NCBI RefSeq assembly: GCF_032191835.1
Contig: NC_083232.1
Span: 56,110,001-56,174,000, forward strand
DNA from: Heteronotia binoei
Taxonomy: Eukaryota
Length of the DNA stretch: 64,000 nt
Direction of reading: 5' to 3'
The notes under the pieces were generated by a model, which was not told the DNA's origin, did no database searches, and was given only the letters and a program-made list of their open reading frames with translations. Shown here in pieces: positions 24,960 to 36,699 of this stretch (its first letter is position 1; each line of letters starts with the position of its first letter). The position numbers and the translations under genes were made by a program.

Positions 24960-25500
24960 CCTGTCTGGCTTTGCAGACAGTCCCATCAGTAAATCAGTTC
25001 CAGGATGGACTATTGTAACTCGCTCTATGCAGACTACCCCTTGGGGCTGATCCGGAAACTCCAACTGGTGCAAAATGAGGCAGCACAGCTGTTAACTGGA
25101 TTGCCTGTACAGGCAAGCAGTCAGCCAATGCTGTGCAAATTGCACTGGTTATCAATTGAGTACTGGATCTGCTTCAAGGTTCTAGTACTGACATTTAAAG
25201 CCTTGTGTGTCCTGCGACCGACATACTTGTAGGATTTCCTCTCCCCATGAGCCCCAAAGACTGTTGCAATCTACTGATCAACATCTTCTGGCCCAAAGGA
25301 TGTCTGTCTTGCTTCAACCAGGGCCAAGGCTTTTTCAGCCCTGGCCTTGACCTGGTGGAATCAGCTCCCCATGGAGATCCGGGCCCTATTGGACTTGTTA
25401 CCATTCCATAGGGCCAGTAAGACAGAGCTGTTCCACCAGGCCTTCGGTTGAGGGAAGCGGGCATCCTTATTGTTCAAACCATCTACTGCCTTCCCCCACA
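24960..25500 (+). mobile_element. L2-clade LINE 3' fragment
   Basis: DYCNSLYADYPLGLIRKLQLVQNEAAQLLTG..LHWLSIEYWICFKVLVLTFKAL, typical of the L2 RT C-terminus. Confidence 0.8.
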
Positions 25501-25700
25501 ATGATTTACTAGCTGAACTATTATACTCAGGCTGATAACTGTGTTTAATCTGCAAAATGTGCCCGTCTTGCCTGTATTGTATTTTTGAGTTATGTGGTGT
25601 TTAATTGTAGATTAATTTTAGTGCTGTATTTTGCTTTTTTGCCTGTAATTCACCCTGAGCCCACATGGGGGATGGCAGAATGTAAATCCACTAATAAAAT

Positions 25701-25891
25701 TAGGGTTGCCAAGCTCCAGGTGGTACCAGGAGATCTCAAGATGACCAAGATCAGTTCCCTTGGAGAAAATGGTGCTTTGGAGGGTGGACTCTATGGTAAT
25801 CTACCCTGCTGAGGTCCCTCCCCAAACCCCACCCTCCTAAGGCTCCACCCCCAAAATATCCAGGTATTTCCCAATCGAGCTGGCAACCCCT
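25701..25891. mobile_element. MITE with agggttgcca / tggcaaccc ends (related copies at ~63538-63742 and ~19245)
   Basis: Terminal inverted repeats; internal sequence shared with 63538-63742. Confidence 0.65.
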
Positions 25892-26404
25892 AAGTAAATC
25901 AGTTTTCTGCTCAGATTTATGGCCACTCAATATAGCCTGAGGAAAACCTTGATCTCACCTTCTCCAAAGCAAGGCATTTTTAGAACAGTACGTCAGGGTT
26001 TTCACATTGGCACGGGTGCCAAAAAGGTCCACTCCTGGAAAGCCCGTTGAAAAGCTAGCAGTGAATTCTTCCCTAGAGAACATTCATGTTCTGATTGCCC
26101 CATTCTACGGATGTCTGCCTTTGTGTTCAGCCGTATATGCAACATGCACTGCTTGAAGGATCCTTGAGCTACAGTCAATTCCCAAATGCAGGTGGCTCCC
26201 CCACATAGGGCTGTCAAGGCTGTGCCCTATTGGTTTATATAGGTCATAGGTGTAGTATTGTTTGTAATGACCTAAATGACTTTCCCCTTGGTGAGTCCTG
26301 CAAACAAGGTGAGGGTGTAATGTACAACATGTAACTCTAGGAGGTTAACATGAAGACCACATTTTTTCTGGCAACAACACAATGGGCTTCCCAGCCCTGG
26401 AAAG

Positions 26405-26740
26405 ATGCATGAGATTGTAGAATCAGAGTTGGAAGGGACCTCCAGAATCATCTTATCCCCCTGCACAATACAGGAAATTCAGAAGTACCTCCCCCCTCCA
26501 CACACACAGTGACCCTCACTCTAAGCCCGAAGACTGGGGAGGGAGGCGGGAAAGCGGAAACCTCTCCAAGATCCCTGACAGAACCTGCTTGGAGAATTGC
26601 TGCCAGACCCCGAAGTGGCAAACAGCACTTCCCTGGGCAAGAAGGGGCCACAAGAACAAAACACTGATGCAACCCTTCCTGCCCTCCTCATAATTTGCCT
26701 AAATTCGTAGAATCAAGTGTTGCTGTCAGATGGCCATGTA
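26405..26740 (-). mobile_element. CR1 3'-end fragment
   Basis: Similar to 8430-8710 (gagttggaagggacctccag..atc). Confidence 0.6.
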
Positions 26741-27019
26741 GAAAGAACCCCCCAAAAAGATAACCTTCTGAGGTGGTCAGAGGCAGAATTTCTTGCTGTT
26801 GACCTGTGATAACCGGGATGGATACCTCTATGGAACAAGCATCCTGAAGGTCAAGTACACAAAACCAAGAGTTCAGTGGTAACAGTTACAACTCCCAGAG
26901 CCTTCTCTGTAGAAAAAGCCCAACCAGAACTCATTTGCATGTTAGGCCACATCCCCTGCTGCCAAGCCAGCCAAAACTGTGTTCCTGTGCATTCCTGCTC
27001 AACAAAAGCCCCGGCAACT

Positions 27020-27335
27020 CCAAAGCCAACATTTTGAACTTTCTAACATTTAGAAAAAAATTCAGATCCCTTAGGTCCAGTATTGGTCTAAAACCTCCAT
27101 CTTGTTTTGAGTACTAGAAAAAATTGGAAAAACCTGCAATACAGTCCAAATCAGGGAATCTGTACTGCCTTTTGTGTAAGGGACAAGTTCCTGTTTCAAC
27201 CTAGACAAGGATCCAGATGTTGGAGGGGTGACCATTGCCAAATTATAACCCAAACTAACAACTGACAAAACCCAAGTGTCATAAGTAACTTCCTGCCATT
27301 TGCCATTAAAAACAGCCAACCTGTTTAAAGACGGT
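27020..27335 (-). mobile_element. DIRS-type retrotransposon RT relic
   Basis: WQEVTYDTWVLSVVSLGY followed, after a frameshift, by QDGGFRPILDLRDLNFFLNVRKFKML, matching the N-terminal part of DIRS/Gypsy-like RT. Confidence 0.65.
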
Positions 27336-27509
27336 AGGTGACTGAAACTATTACAGGTCCTAGTCAGAAAGGACCTTTTTGAGACTGCTGTGGCTCTTTA
27401 GGAAGCAGCTGATGTTGTGAGCCCAACAAAACAGAAATAAGATTTTAAATTCCAAGTAACATTTGCTAATGTTAACAAATTAGTAACATTTGCTAATTTG
27501 CTAACATTT

Positions 27510-29104
27510 GGGGTGTTGAAAGACCTGAGTCAGATTGAGGTGACAAGAGAGGTCCTACAACTAATGGACGAATTAAAAACTAATAAGTCACCGGGTCCGG
27601 ACGGCATACATCCAAGAGTTCTGAAAGAACTCAAAGTTGAACTTGTGGATCTTCTGACAAAAATCTGTAATCTTTCATTGAAATCTGCCTCCGTTCCTGA
27701 GGACTGGAAGGTAGCAAATGTCACCCCCATCTTTAAAAGGGGTTCCAGAGGAAATCTGGGAAATTACAGGCCAGTCAGTCTGACGTCAATACCGGGAAAG
27801 TTGGTAGAAACCATTATCAAGGACAGAATGAGTAGGCACATTGATGAACACAGGTTATTGAGGAAGACTCAGCATGGGTTCTATAAGGGAAGATCTTGCC
27901 TCACTAACCTGTTACAGTTCTTTGAGGGGGTGAACAAACATGTGGACAAAGGAGACCCGATAGATGTTTACCTTGACTTCCAGAAAGCTTTTGATAAAGT
28001 TCCTCATCAAAGGCTCCTTAGAAAGCTCGAGAGTCATGGAGTAAAAGGACAGGTCCTCTTGTGGATCAAAAACTGTCTGAGTAATAGGAAGCAGAGAGTG
28101 AGTATAAATGGGCAGTCTTCGCAGTGGAGGACGGTAAGCAGTGGGGTGCCGCAGGGCTCGGTACTGGGTCCCATGCTCTTTAACTTGTTCATAAATGATT
28201 TAGAGTTGGGAGTGAGCAGTGAAGTGGCCAAGTTTGTGGATGACACTAAATTGTTCAGGGTGGTGAGAACCAGAGGATTGTGAGGAACTCCAAAGGGATC
28301 TGTTGAGGCTGGGTGAGTGGGTGTCAATGTGGCAGATGAGGTTCAATGTGGCCAAGTGCAAAGTAATGCACATTGGGGCCAAGAATCCCAGCTACAAATA
28401 CAAGTTGATGGGGTGTGAACTGGCAGACACTGACCAAGAGAGAGATCTTGGGGTCATGGTAGATAACTCACTGAAAATGTCAAGACAGTGAGTTTGCAAT
28501 AAAAAAGTCCAACGCCATGCTGGGAATTATTAGGAAGGGAATTGAGAACAAATCAGCCAGTATCATAATGCCCCGGTATAAATCGATGGTGCGGTCTCAT
28601 TTGGAGTACTGTGTGCAGTTCTGGTTGCTGCACCTCAAAAAGGATATTATAGCATTGGAGAAAGTCCAAAGGGCTGGAACGCTTTCCCTATGAAGAAAGG
28701 TTGAAACGCTTGGGATTCTAGCTTGGAGAAATGTCGACTGCGGGGTGACATGATAGAGGTTTACAAGATAATGCATGGGATGGAGAAAGTACTTTTCTCC
28801 CTTTCTCACAATGCAAGAACTTGTGGGCATTCGATGAAATTGCTGAGCAGACAGGTTAAAATGGATAAAAGTACTTCTTCACCCAAAGGGTAACATGTGG
28901 AATTCACTGCCACAGGTGGTGGCAGCCACAAGCATAGCCACCTTCAAGAGAGGTTTAGATAAAAAATATGGAGCAGAGGTCCATCAGTGACTATTAGCCA
29001 CAGTGTGTGTGTGTGTGTATATATATGTATAATTATATTTTTTTGCCACTATGTGAAAGTGTTGGACTGGATGGGCCATTCTAACATGGCTTCTCTTATG
29101 TTCT
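27510..29104 (+). mobile_element. 5'-truncated CR1 LINE, same subfamily as 3311-4331, frameshifted
   Basis: [45 protein letters not shown]; ttctcttatgttctt tail. Near-identical to the 3.3-kb copy. Confidence 0.95.
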
Positions 29105-29150
29105 TAAATAATGTAGTGGGTTTTTTTTTTTTTTTAAAGTTGCTCTAAAT

Positions 29151-29387
29151 CAGGGGTGACCAAATGGAGGCACATGTGGCTTTCACACACACTGTGTGGC
29201 TCTCAAAGCCCCCACTGCCCCATCAGCCAGCTTGGAGAATGCATTTAAAGTTGTCTTTCCACTTCTCCCTCCCTCCCATCTGTCTTCCTTCCTCCCTCAC
29301 TTCATTGACACGTGGCTTTCAAGCATGTAGTTTATTCTATGTGGTTCTTACATTAAAGCAAGTTTGGCCCACCCCTGCTGAAAATCA
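29151..29387. mobile_element. hAT-like MITE
   Basis: caggggtgaccaaa ... tttggccccacccctg-like ends; TSD imperfect. Confidence 0.55.
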
Positions 29388-31179
29388 TTAGTGTAATTGC
29401 AAAAATAAATCTTAAATGTGGGGTGCTTGGCAAAGGTTTTATTAAAACCTATCATTACCCTTTACTTACCAAGACAGAGATTATGGGGCTGCAACGAATT
29501 TTAGTTGCTGTATGTCATAATCGCATGACCTATGACTCCTCTTGCTGAAAATATATAGCAAATAATTTCCATTTACTTCCGATTTACAGGTTTAATTTTC
29601 CATTATTAACATTTTAACTTGCACTTGTTTTTCATAGTCCCTTGACCATGCTATCTGGGGTTAAGTAAGGACCTAACTTTTGGGAGGAATACAATTAAGC
29701 TGGCCTGAAACTCCCAGTTTTTTGCAGGACTTCAGCTGAGTCACTCATCAAATTCAGTAGTAATTGCCTTCCAGTAACTGATTTGCATACTCGCCTGAAG
29801 AACCTGCTTAAAAATTGATCCCATGCTTAATCATAACTATTAAATGGAAGATCCTACTGTAATGCTGGGCTTGAGTGGTGAACTGGATGCAGCTTTCAAG
29901 TCCTTTGGGTAATTCAGCATTTTAAATTTGTTCAGTGGACAGTACTGTACTTGCACAAAGGATGCCAGATTTTAAATCCATCAACATTCCCCTCCACATG
30001 TTAACTGCACCACATCAAGGAGTGCCAGAAGCAGGTTTTCCATGCATGGACGGACTTGGAACTCCCCCCCCCCCTCCCCAATTGTTATCCTATCCAAGCC
30101 AGCGTCTACAGTGGGACCAACAGGGGTAGGATCCTTTGCCTAACCTGAAACATTAAGCTTCTTCTCAGCCTACCTTGCATACTCGTGAAGATAAAATGGA
30201 TAACCATGTATGCTTCTTGGAGGAAAGGTGGGATAAAAAACTAGGTGCAGATGCTGGAAAGTTATTTATTCTCATTAGGGTCAAAAAGTTCCATAGAGAA
30301 AACTTCTAGCTATCCATTAGCTCATTCTGTAGGTGACCATAAGCAGCTTTGATCAGGAATGCTCTCAGTATGCTGATTTATATGTTCTTTTTATATTCCT
30401 GCGTATCAGAGTGGCTCTTTCTGCACATAACTCTTCCCAACTTACTCAAAACCTGCTAGATATAAAAACCTGCTGGATATGTATTTACACCTCATTATAT
30501 ACTTTTACTTTTTTTCAGGTCAAATACAAGGAGATTCTGTATCTGGCAGATATATTTTACACTGCTTTTAAAATCCAACAGCATAAAGGAAATAACCATT
30601 ATTAGGATCAGCTGGAACTCTTCTTAAGCAGGTTAAGATGAACACACACAAACGGGGAGGATAGCCAGAAAAGAGGCAGCCTCAAAAGATGCAACCACTT
30701 AGTCTTAAAAACTGCAGACATTAATTTGACCAGAACTTTTATAGTACGCAGTTTTTGGTTTTTAGTTTGGCTCCTGAACAGCAAGTTATCGTTAAAAGAT
30801 AGAAAGCACAAACTAACAGACGACAATGTTATATGGATATCAAACTGGCTACTTGCAGTTTCTGTATAGTACTGTCAGCTACTCCTTTTAGTTTTTGGCA
30901 TTTTTGTTAATGGTCATACTTTTGTTAGCTGATCCTAAAGAAAACATTTAGCTGTCTTTAAAGAACTATTAAAAAAGTGTTTTGGAATTACACTGAAACT
31001 TAAAATTTCAGGAATATAAAGCAATACTATTGACGATCCAGCAAAGAGACCTTTTCAGGAGCTAAGCAAACATACTTGAAACACCACCACCCCCCACTTT
31101 AGGAACATTTGTTATGAAATATTTTGCCAATCAGTAGCAAAAGAAATGTGTATTTGTTGACACCATACAATAGATTCTG

Positions 31180-31860
31180 CCTCCATTGTTAGTTGTGATG
31201 TCAGCCTTCTTGTTACTAATTAGGATGATCAATACTCATAGTAAATTGAGGAAGAAGAAACTGGGAGATACAGGAGACTGTCAAAAAATTCTGCTCTAAC
31301 TTATTCTAATCTGTCACTTGTGTTGACGTGACAGTGATGCCAAATCTGCCAGTTGTGATAGAAAGCTTGTTGGAGGTTACCACTAGTAAATGGGCTAACA
31401 AAGTAACTATGGCCATTGTGCAGAATATCTTGTAGGTGTGTTTTCAGAACCACACACATTGTCACATCAACTGTTATCTCCATTACTGTGCTACCTACCA
31501 TGACCAAAGGAATCCAATAAAACCAGAATTAGAAACAGAGAGAAATCAACTGTGCAAAAAGCCCTGAGAATTCCTTTCTCTGAAAATGAGTTACCTTGTT
31601 TATTTAACATGTTATAAAAATAATATCTGATAATCAACTATCATTTGTGACATAAAGCAGAAATGGAAAAGTTGTCTTAAATATCACTTAGCCTCATAAA
31701 AAGAAAATGGAACGGTCTTTACTGGAACATTTTCAGACAAGAGATATGGGGGAAGACCTGTTAACCCAAGCCAATACACTGTTCACCTGCTGCTGAAATA
31801 ACAATGTTTTGGCTGTGCCTGGGAAAATAATCCAATCTGAGCCTAAAAATATATCTTAGA
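31180..31860 (+). pseudogene. NFE2L3: Decayed last (CNC-bZIP) exon of NFE2L3/Nrf3
   Basis: Collinear blocks across shifting frames, relic vs recalled human NFE2L3: VSCDVSL (AISQDVNL); LVGGYH (AVGGYY); FQNHTH (FHNHTY); KALRIPFSENE..FNML*K*YL at 31558-31629 (KALHIPFSVDE..FNSMLSRYYL); CDIKQKWK (RDIRRRGK); SLIKRKWNGLYWNIFR (NIMKQKLHDLYHDIFSR); GRPVNPSQYTVH at 31751-31786 (GRPVNPNHYALQ). Multiple stops and frameshifts. Position and strand match mammalian synteny. Confidence 0.85.
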
Positions 31861-32419
31861 AATTTTGGAAATTTAAATACCATTATTCAGAAGTGTACAA
31901 TACAGGATATGAGTAAACAATATGGTAAGCGAAATCATACACACCTTGAAAGAAAAGCCAAGCAATAGCAAAACTCTACCTCGCTTAGCATTTTACTAAA
32001 CACGTAAATTATAGAATTTATGCTGAAAATTTGAGTGATACACCTTTCTGTGATAGCGAAACATTTTGCCTGTTAATTGTTCTTTGTGTTCACTACTCCT
32101 GTAAGAAAACCATTATATAACTAGCCATTCAAGGCGGTGATCTTAAGTGTACTTCCAGTACAATTCTAAACAGTTACATTTCTCTAAATCCTGCGACTTC
32201 AATGGATTTATAGGAGTATAACTTGTTAGGACTGTACTGTTGAAATCTGGAACAGAGGTTGCTAAAAACTTTAAAACTACAGGTTTTGAATTATTAAATT
32301 TTATCATTATACATTAAAGTACTTTTGCATTCACATGACATTAAGCCCCCATGCATTGTTATGAAGAGAAAAGCGATTCAATACATACACTGAATATTCT
32401 GAAATAACCACTTTGATCT

Positions 32420-32929
32420 CAGGGGCGTTGAACTCATTTATTAGGAGGGCCAGATCTTACACAAATGAGACCTTGTTGGGCCAAGCCATGTTGGGCCGTG
32501 TCATGTATGTACCTATTTAAGATTAGGTAGCAGAAATATAAACTTTATAAAGGGTACAAAGAATTTAATTTAAGCTTAAATCATTAGCACTTTTTGGTCT
32601 TAAAGGTACATTCTTTGTATCTCTCCCATAGGATCCACGGAACTGGGCAAAGGAAGCTCTGGCTCTCTCCTTCCTTCCCTGGGGACCAGGAGCCTTAGCC
32701 AAAAGTTAGAGGCTTGGTTCAGTAGCTCTGCTGTGCAATTGAGAGCACCTGGCAAAGCAAACTCTCCCTCCCCCTTCTTCTCCAAAGGAGCCTCAGCCAA
32801 TGGAGAAAATAGCTCTGTACCTTCTGTGTGATTGAGCAAGCCTTGCAATGCAGTTATGCAGAAGGAAGCATATGACAGCCAGTTGCTCGGGGGCCTGATA
32901 TGGCCCATGGGCTGGATGTGACACCCCTG
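32420..32929. mobile_element. hAT MITE, same family as 16978-18407, without the LTR
   Basis: cagggg...gacacccctg ends; internal sequence collinear with the 17-18 kb copy. Confidence 0.8.
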
Positions 32930-33764
32930 CTCTAGGTACTAGCACTGAAACCACATTGAATTCCATCTCCTTTCTACTGCTTGACCATTCTGAATGACAG
33001 ACTTGATGGTAGAGTGCTTGCAGATAGGGCAAGGGCAATGAAATGAATCCTGATGCTTCTGCAGGTACATTTCAACTTGGGGAATGTTTTTACTCTCTCA
33101 GAGCTAACCAAAATACCCCCACAAAATCCAGTTTCCCTGGCTGTTGCTTTTTCCCCCGGATGGGAGAAACCTGGCATACACAGGAACTTTAGTCTGAATG
33201 CAGCCTGTGGTCAGCCACATAAAGACACCCAGATATGCAGCAAGTCACTTTTTCAAATTAAAAATATATATACTTTCCTTCAAGAGGCAACTGAACTTAG
33301 AGGAAACAATGAAACAGGGATGGAGAACCAATCAAGTCTTAATTATACTGGAAAGGCAGATCTGAATAAGAGCAAGTCCCCCCCTACCACCAATTCCTCA
33401 TGGACCTCCGAATAGTCTAAAACAAGTACAGTAGTTCCATAAATATAATATACAATATGTCTATCCTATGAGTTGTCTGCGGAGACAACTGGTTATTAGG
33501 GCAAGCAGAATGAAGTTATGAAGACTTTACAAGCTATCTTAGGTGTGCTGGGAACTATTTATACCACATGTTTTTTTGGCAGTTGAAAGCCATGATCCTA
33601 AATACACACAAACTGCATACCCTCATACAACATGGTTTGTAAGCTTTCCGTTTCTATTTTAATGGTACAAATAATGTGTAGACATATTTAAATGCCAAAG
33701 CAGTATAAATGGTAAACAGGCCTTTGACAAATTACTGAAAGGCTGATTTAAAGGGAAATCAGAT

Positions 33765-33935
33765 ATTCCGAGGTCGGTAAAATGAATACCCAGCTTGCTG
33801 GGGGGAAAGTGTAGATTACTGGGGAAGGCAATGGCAAACCACCCCGTAAAAAGTCTGCGGTGAAAATGCTGTGAAAGCAATGTCACCCCAGAGCTGGAAA
33901 CGACTGGTGCTTGCACAGGGGACCTTTCCTTTTCC
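33765..33935 (+). mobile_element. Sauria-type SINE, 3' half
   Basis: Collinear with the 3' half of the 61-kb copy. Confidence 0.8.
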
Positions 33936-34109
33936 CCCCAGGTATCAGAGAAGCTTATTTTCTACACTTTTGGATGAGCAAAGAAAAGAATTTCACTTGA
34001 TTCCCCCTTCTACACTACAGCCAACTCTTCCATGCTGCAGTGCATTTTGTGAGGGTTCCCCCAACCTCCACACATGATTTTAGAGAAGGGTTAAAGCCGG
34101 TTGTAGGGG

Positions 34110-34300
34110 ATGAAATTATTTTTACAGTAGCAGTTCAGAGGGGGAAATCAGTGGCCTAGGGAGACAGTCAACTCTCTCTCTCATGGCAGTCTTCAAACAG
34201 CAGTTGGATTAACACTTGTCAGGGATGCTTTAGGCTAAAGGGGGGGGGGGGGTTTGGACTAGATGGCCCGTAGAGTCCCTTTCCTACTTTACAATTCTAA
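34110..34300 (+). mobile_element. CR1 3'-end fragment
   Basis: tcttcaaacagcagttggat..ttggactagatggcc..caattcta. Confidence 0.55.
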
Positions 34301-34734
34301 GATCTTTTGCTCAAGCAAGCATGGAAACATCTAGTATAAGATGATGAACACAGACACCAAAGGTTTGCCTTGCCAACACTGAATCAGAAGCTATTTGAGG
34401 AACAGAAGAAAGCCATTTCTAAATGGGAACTGTTTAATATAAAGTCTGTGTCTACTGCCTTGAGCTGACAGAAAACTTAATACCTGACTAAGCACTATAG
34501 TTAGATCTTACAACAGCCCCGAAAATTCTGGAAAAACAATACACATTATTCACCATTCATCTTTGAGCAGATTGCCTTATATTCAGCAAAACCCTTTAAG
34601 ATAAAACAGGAACTTCTTGTTACTTTTACCTTCTTAAACAGCATCTACTTTGGAACAAGCTCTGAAACAGTGTCGAAGCGTTAAGAGTTTATAGTTTAAA
34701 TGGTATGAAATATTAAAATGTTATCAGACTAGAA

Positions 34735-35024
34735 ATATTTTTGTATAAAAGTTTATTATGAGTTATAAAAATATGACACAATAATTACTGTCTTTAACAT
34801 TGGTCTTGATTTCCTTTTGACTCAATTCTACAGAATTGCTAAAATTTGATAGTTTTTTTAAAAATCACAAGTCTCTGCACTAATATTCTGTAGTAGTAAT
34901 ATATCCTAAAAGGTTTTTAATAAAAGCAGCAAAGCCAATTATTTTGTGATAACAAATTTCTTATATCTTGGCAGTTTCTGTGGTTGACCACTTCTTCATT
35001 AGTTACCTGCAGGCTGGCACCTTC
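34735..35024 (-). other. HNRNPA2B1: Distal alternative terminal exon of HNRNPA2B1
   Basis: Acceptor tctttttctttggcag|gaaggtgcc...ctgcaggtaactaatgaagaagtggtcaaccacag resembles the recalled human distal UTR. AATAAA on the minus strand at 34757-34752. Confidence 0.55.
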
Positions 35025-35321
35025 CTGCCAAAGAAAAAGAAAGCATCTGAAGAGGTTTATCATATCTTTTCACATCTCCTGTACGAAAATTTCAGCAAAT
35101 GGCTATGAGCCACTGAGGAGACAAACCCATGCCTTTTAGTGTGCCATCTGTACCAAACAGTTAAAAGTTTAAAAACATAATTCAGAGCAAAAAGAAGCAA
35201 CAGGTTATAATCTTGTTAATATGAAGCAAATCCTACTCTGCACAAAATGTTTGGCTTCAACTGTATATTAGAAGTTGCAAGCATTAACTGACAGATAGAG
35301 GAGGGAGCGATAACAAAGCTG

Positions 35322-35580
35322 CACTTACCTGTAATGATTATTCATCAAGTTATCTTCTGTGCAGGCACACATACCCTCCCCCCTCCTGCATGCTCTAGCA
35401 GTGCTAGAGGTACTGAGGATAGATAGCACTGCTGTGCAGGACCAGGTGGTCCCTGGGCAGAAACAAGCTTCTGGCTCCAGTGCAGTGCCCTCTGGAGGCT
35501 CCTAGCTGTAAAGACCTATCCTGTGGGAGGCCTGCTCACGCAGACCCCATGTGGGACTGCACAGAAGATCGATGATGAAC
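35322..35580. repeat. Short element with ~32-bp imperfect terminal inverted repeats (possibly non-autonomous DIRS-like)
   Basis: ttcatcaagttatcttctgtgcaggcacacat (35341-35372) vs atgtgggactgcacagaagatcgatgatgaa (35549-35579). The family assignment is from recall only. Confidence 0.55.
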
Positions 35581-36280
35581 TGACATTAACAAAATGTACA
35601 AGACATCACCATCATAGTCAGTTCCAACCTGCATGCATGTTTTAAGTTCTGCCTCAACTTCTATTTTAGTATCATATGATCCCCTGAACACAACTATTAC
35701 AGTTCTACTAACAAGAATGTGTGTCAGAAACCAATAACAACATTTATTTCTGTTAAGTTCTGCAACAGGAACTTTGAATTTCTACAGCTGCAAGACTTCC
35801 GTGAAACACCTATGTATATCTTATTTTACATACAAATATTAAAAGAGTTAGGCTTTTAGGAAAATTAAGACTGAAGGCAAAAATATAAATTATACCATTT
35901 AAATTAACGGCAACATACCATTTTAACTAACCAGAGAAGGGATGGAACCCTTGCAAAGCATTAACGGACAACTTGGCTGGTTCATTGCTCAGCAGGTCTA
36001 TTGCTTGTCCATGGTGCATAAAGCTAGATTCCAGTAGGGGAAAAAATAGGTTAAGTAACTGAAGTTAAAATAAATGAAATGAAAATATAATAGCCCGAAA
36101 GAAAAAATGAAAAACAAAAACAGAACAGTATTTTTAAAATTTTCAGTGCACAGTTGTTAAATCAGTTCATTGCTATGTTAAACTAAATAACATAACCACT
36201 ATACTGAAACAGTACACTGTCATATAATATTAGTTTCTTGTTTTGGAATATTAAGAAAGGAAAAGTAAATGAGATCTTAC

Positions 36281-36507
36281 CTAAAGAAGTTTAACTGAAG
36301 CTTAGAACTATTTTGCTCTACACCCTCAGCTTTCGTTGGCATCCTTATAAAACTACTGTAGTTAAAGCTCTGCAGAAGTACAGCACAGCTTTTTAAGACT
36401 GGCTGAACTTAGTGCCGTTCTCAAGAGTTCTCTTGCACTAGACCTGTGTCCCTGGAAGAGTACCTCGCTGGGGATATTTCCTTTCCTTGCCATTGAAGAA
36501 GCAGCAT
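36281..36507 (-). other. HNRNPA2B1: Alternative non-coding 3'UTR exon of HNRNPA2B1 (candidate NMD-coupled)
   Basis: Pyrimidine tract with ttttag|atgctgc acceptor and ctttag|gtaaga donor. Mammalian HNRNPA2B1 is known to splice within its 3'UTR. Confidence 0.6.
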
Positions 36508-36699
36508 CTAAAAGATCTAAAAAGGTGTTTCTCCTTGCAGAGATATCCCTTATGTTATCTAGATATTTAAACCTGGTAATTTACAGAAAACATTATCTGA
36601 CCAGCATTTCACATGTACAACAATAACTTTGTGGTATTTGTGGGACCTTCTACTACCCACTCCTTGCCTTAATTTACAAAGTATCTTAAATAAATCTAT

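Noticed and set aside
29731-29745. ARE/MARE-like site (GTGACTCAGC on the minus strand) inside the NFE2L3 relic locus, suggesting CNC autoregulation
   Set aside because: A single 10-mer is expected by chance in 64 kb and there is no supporting evidence.
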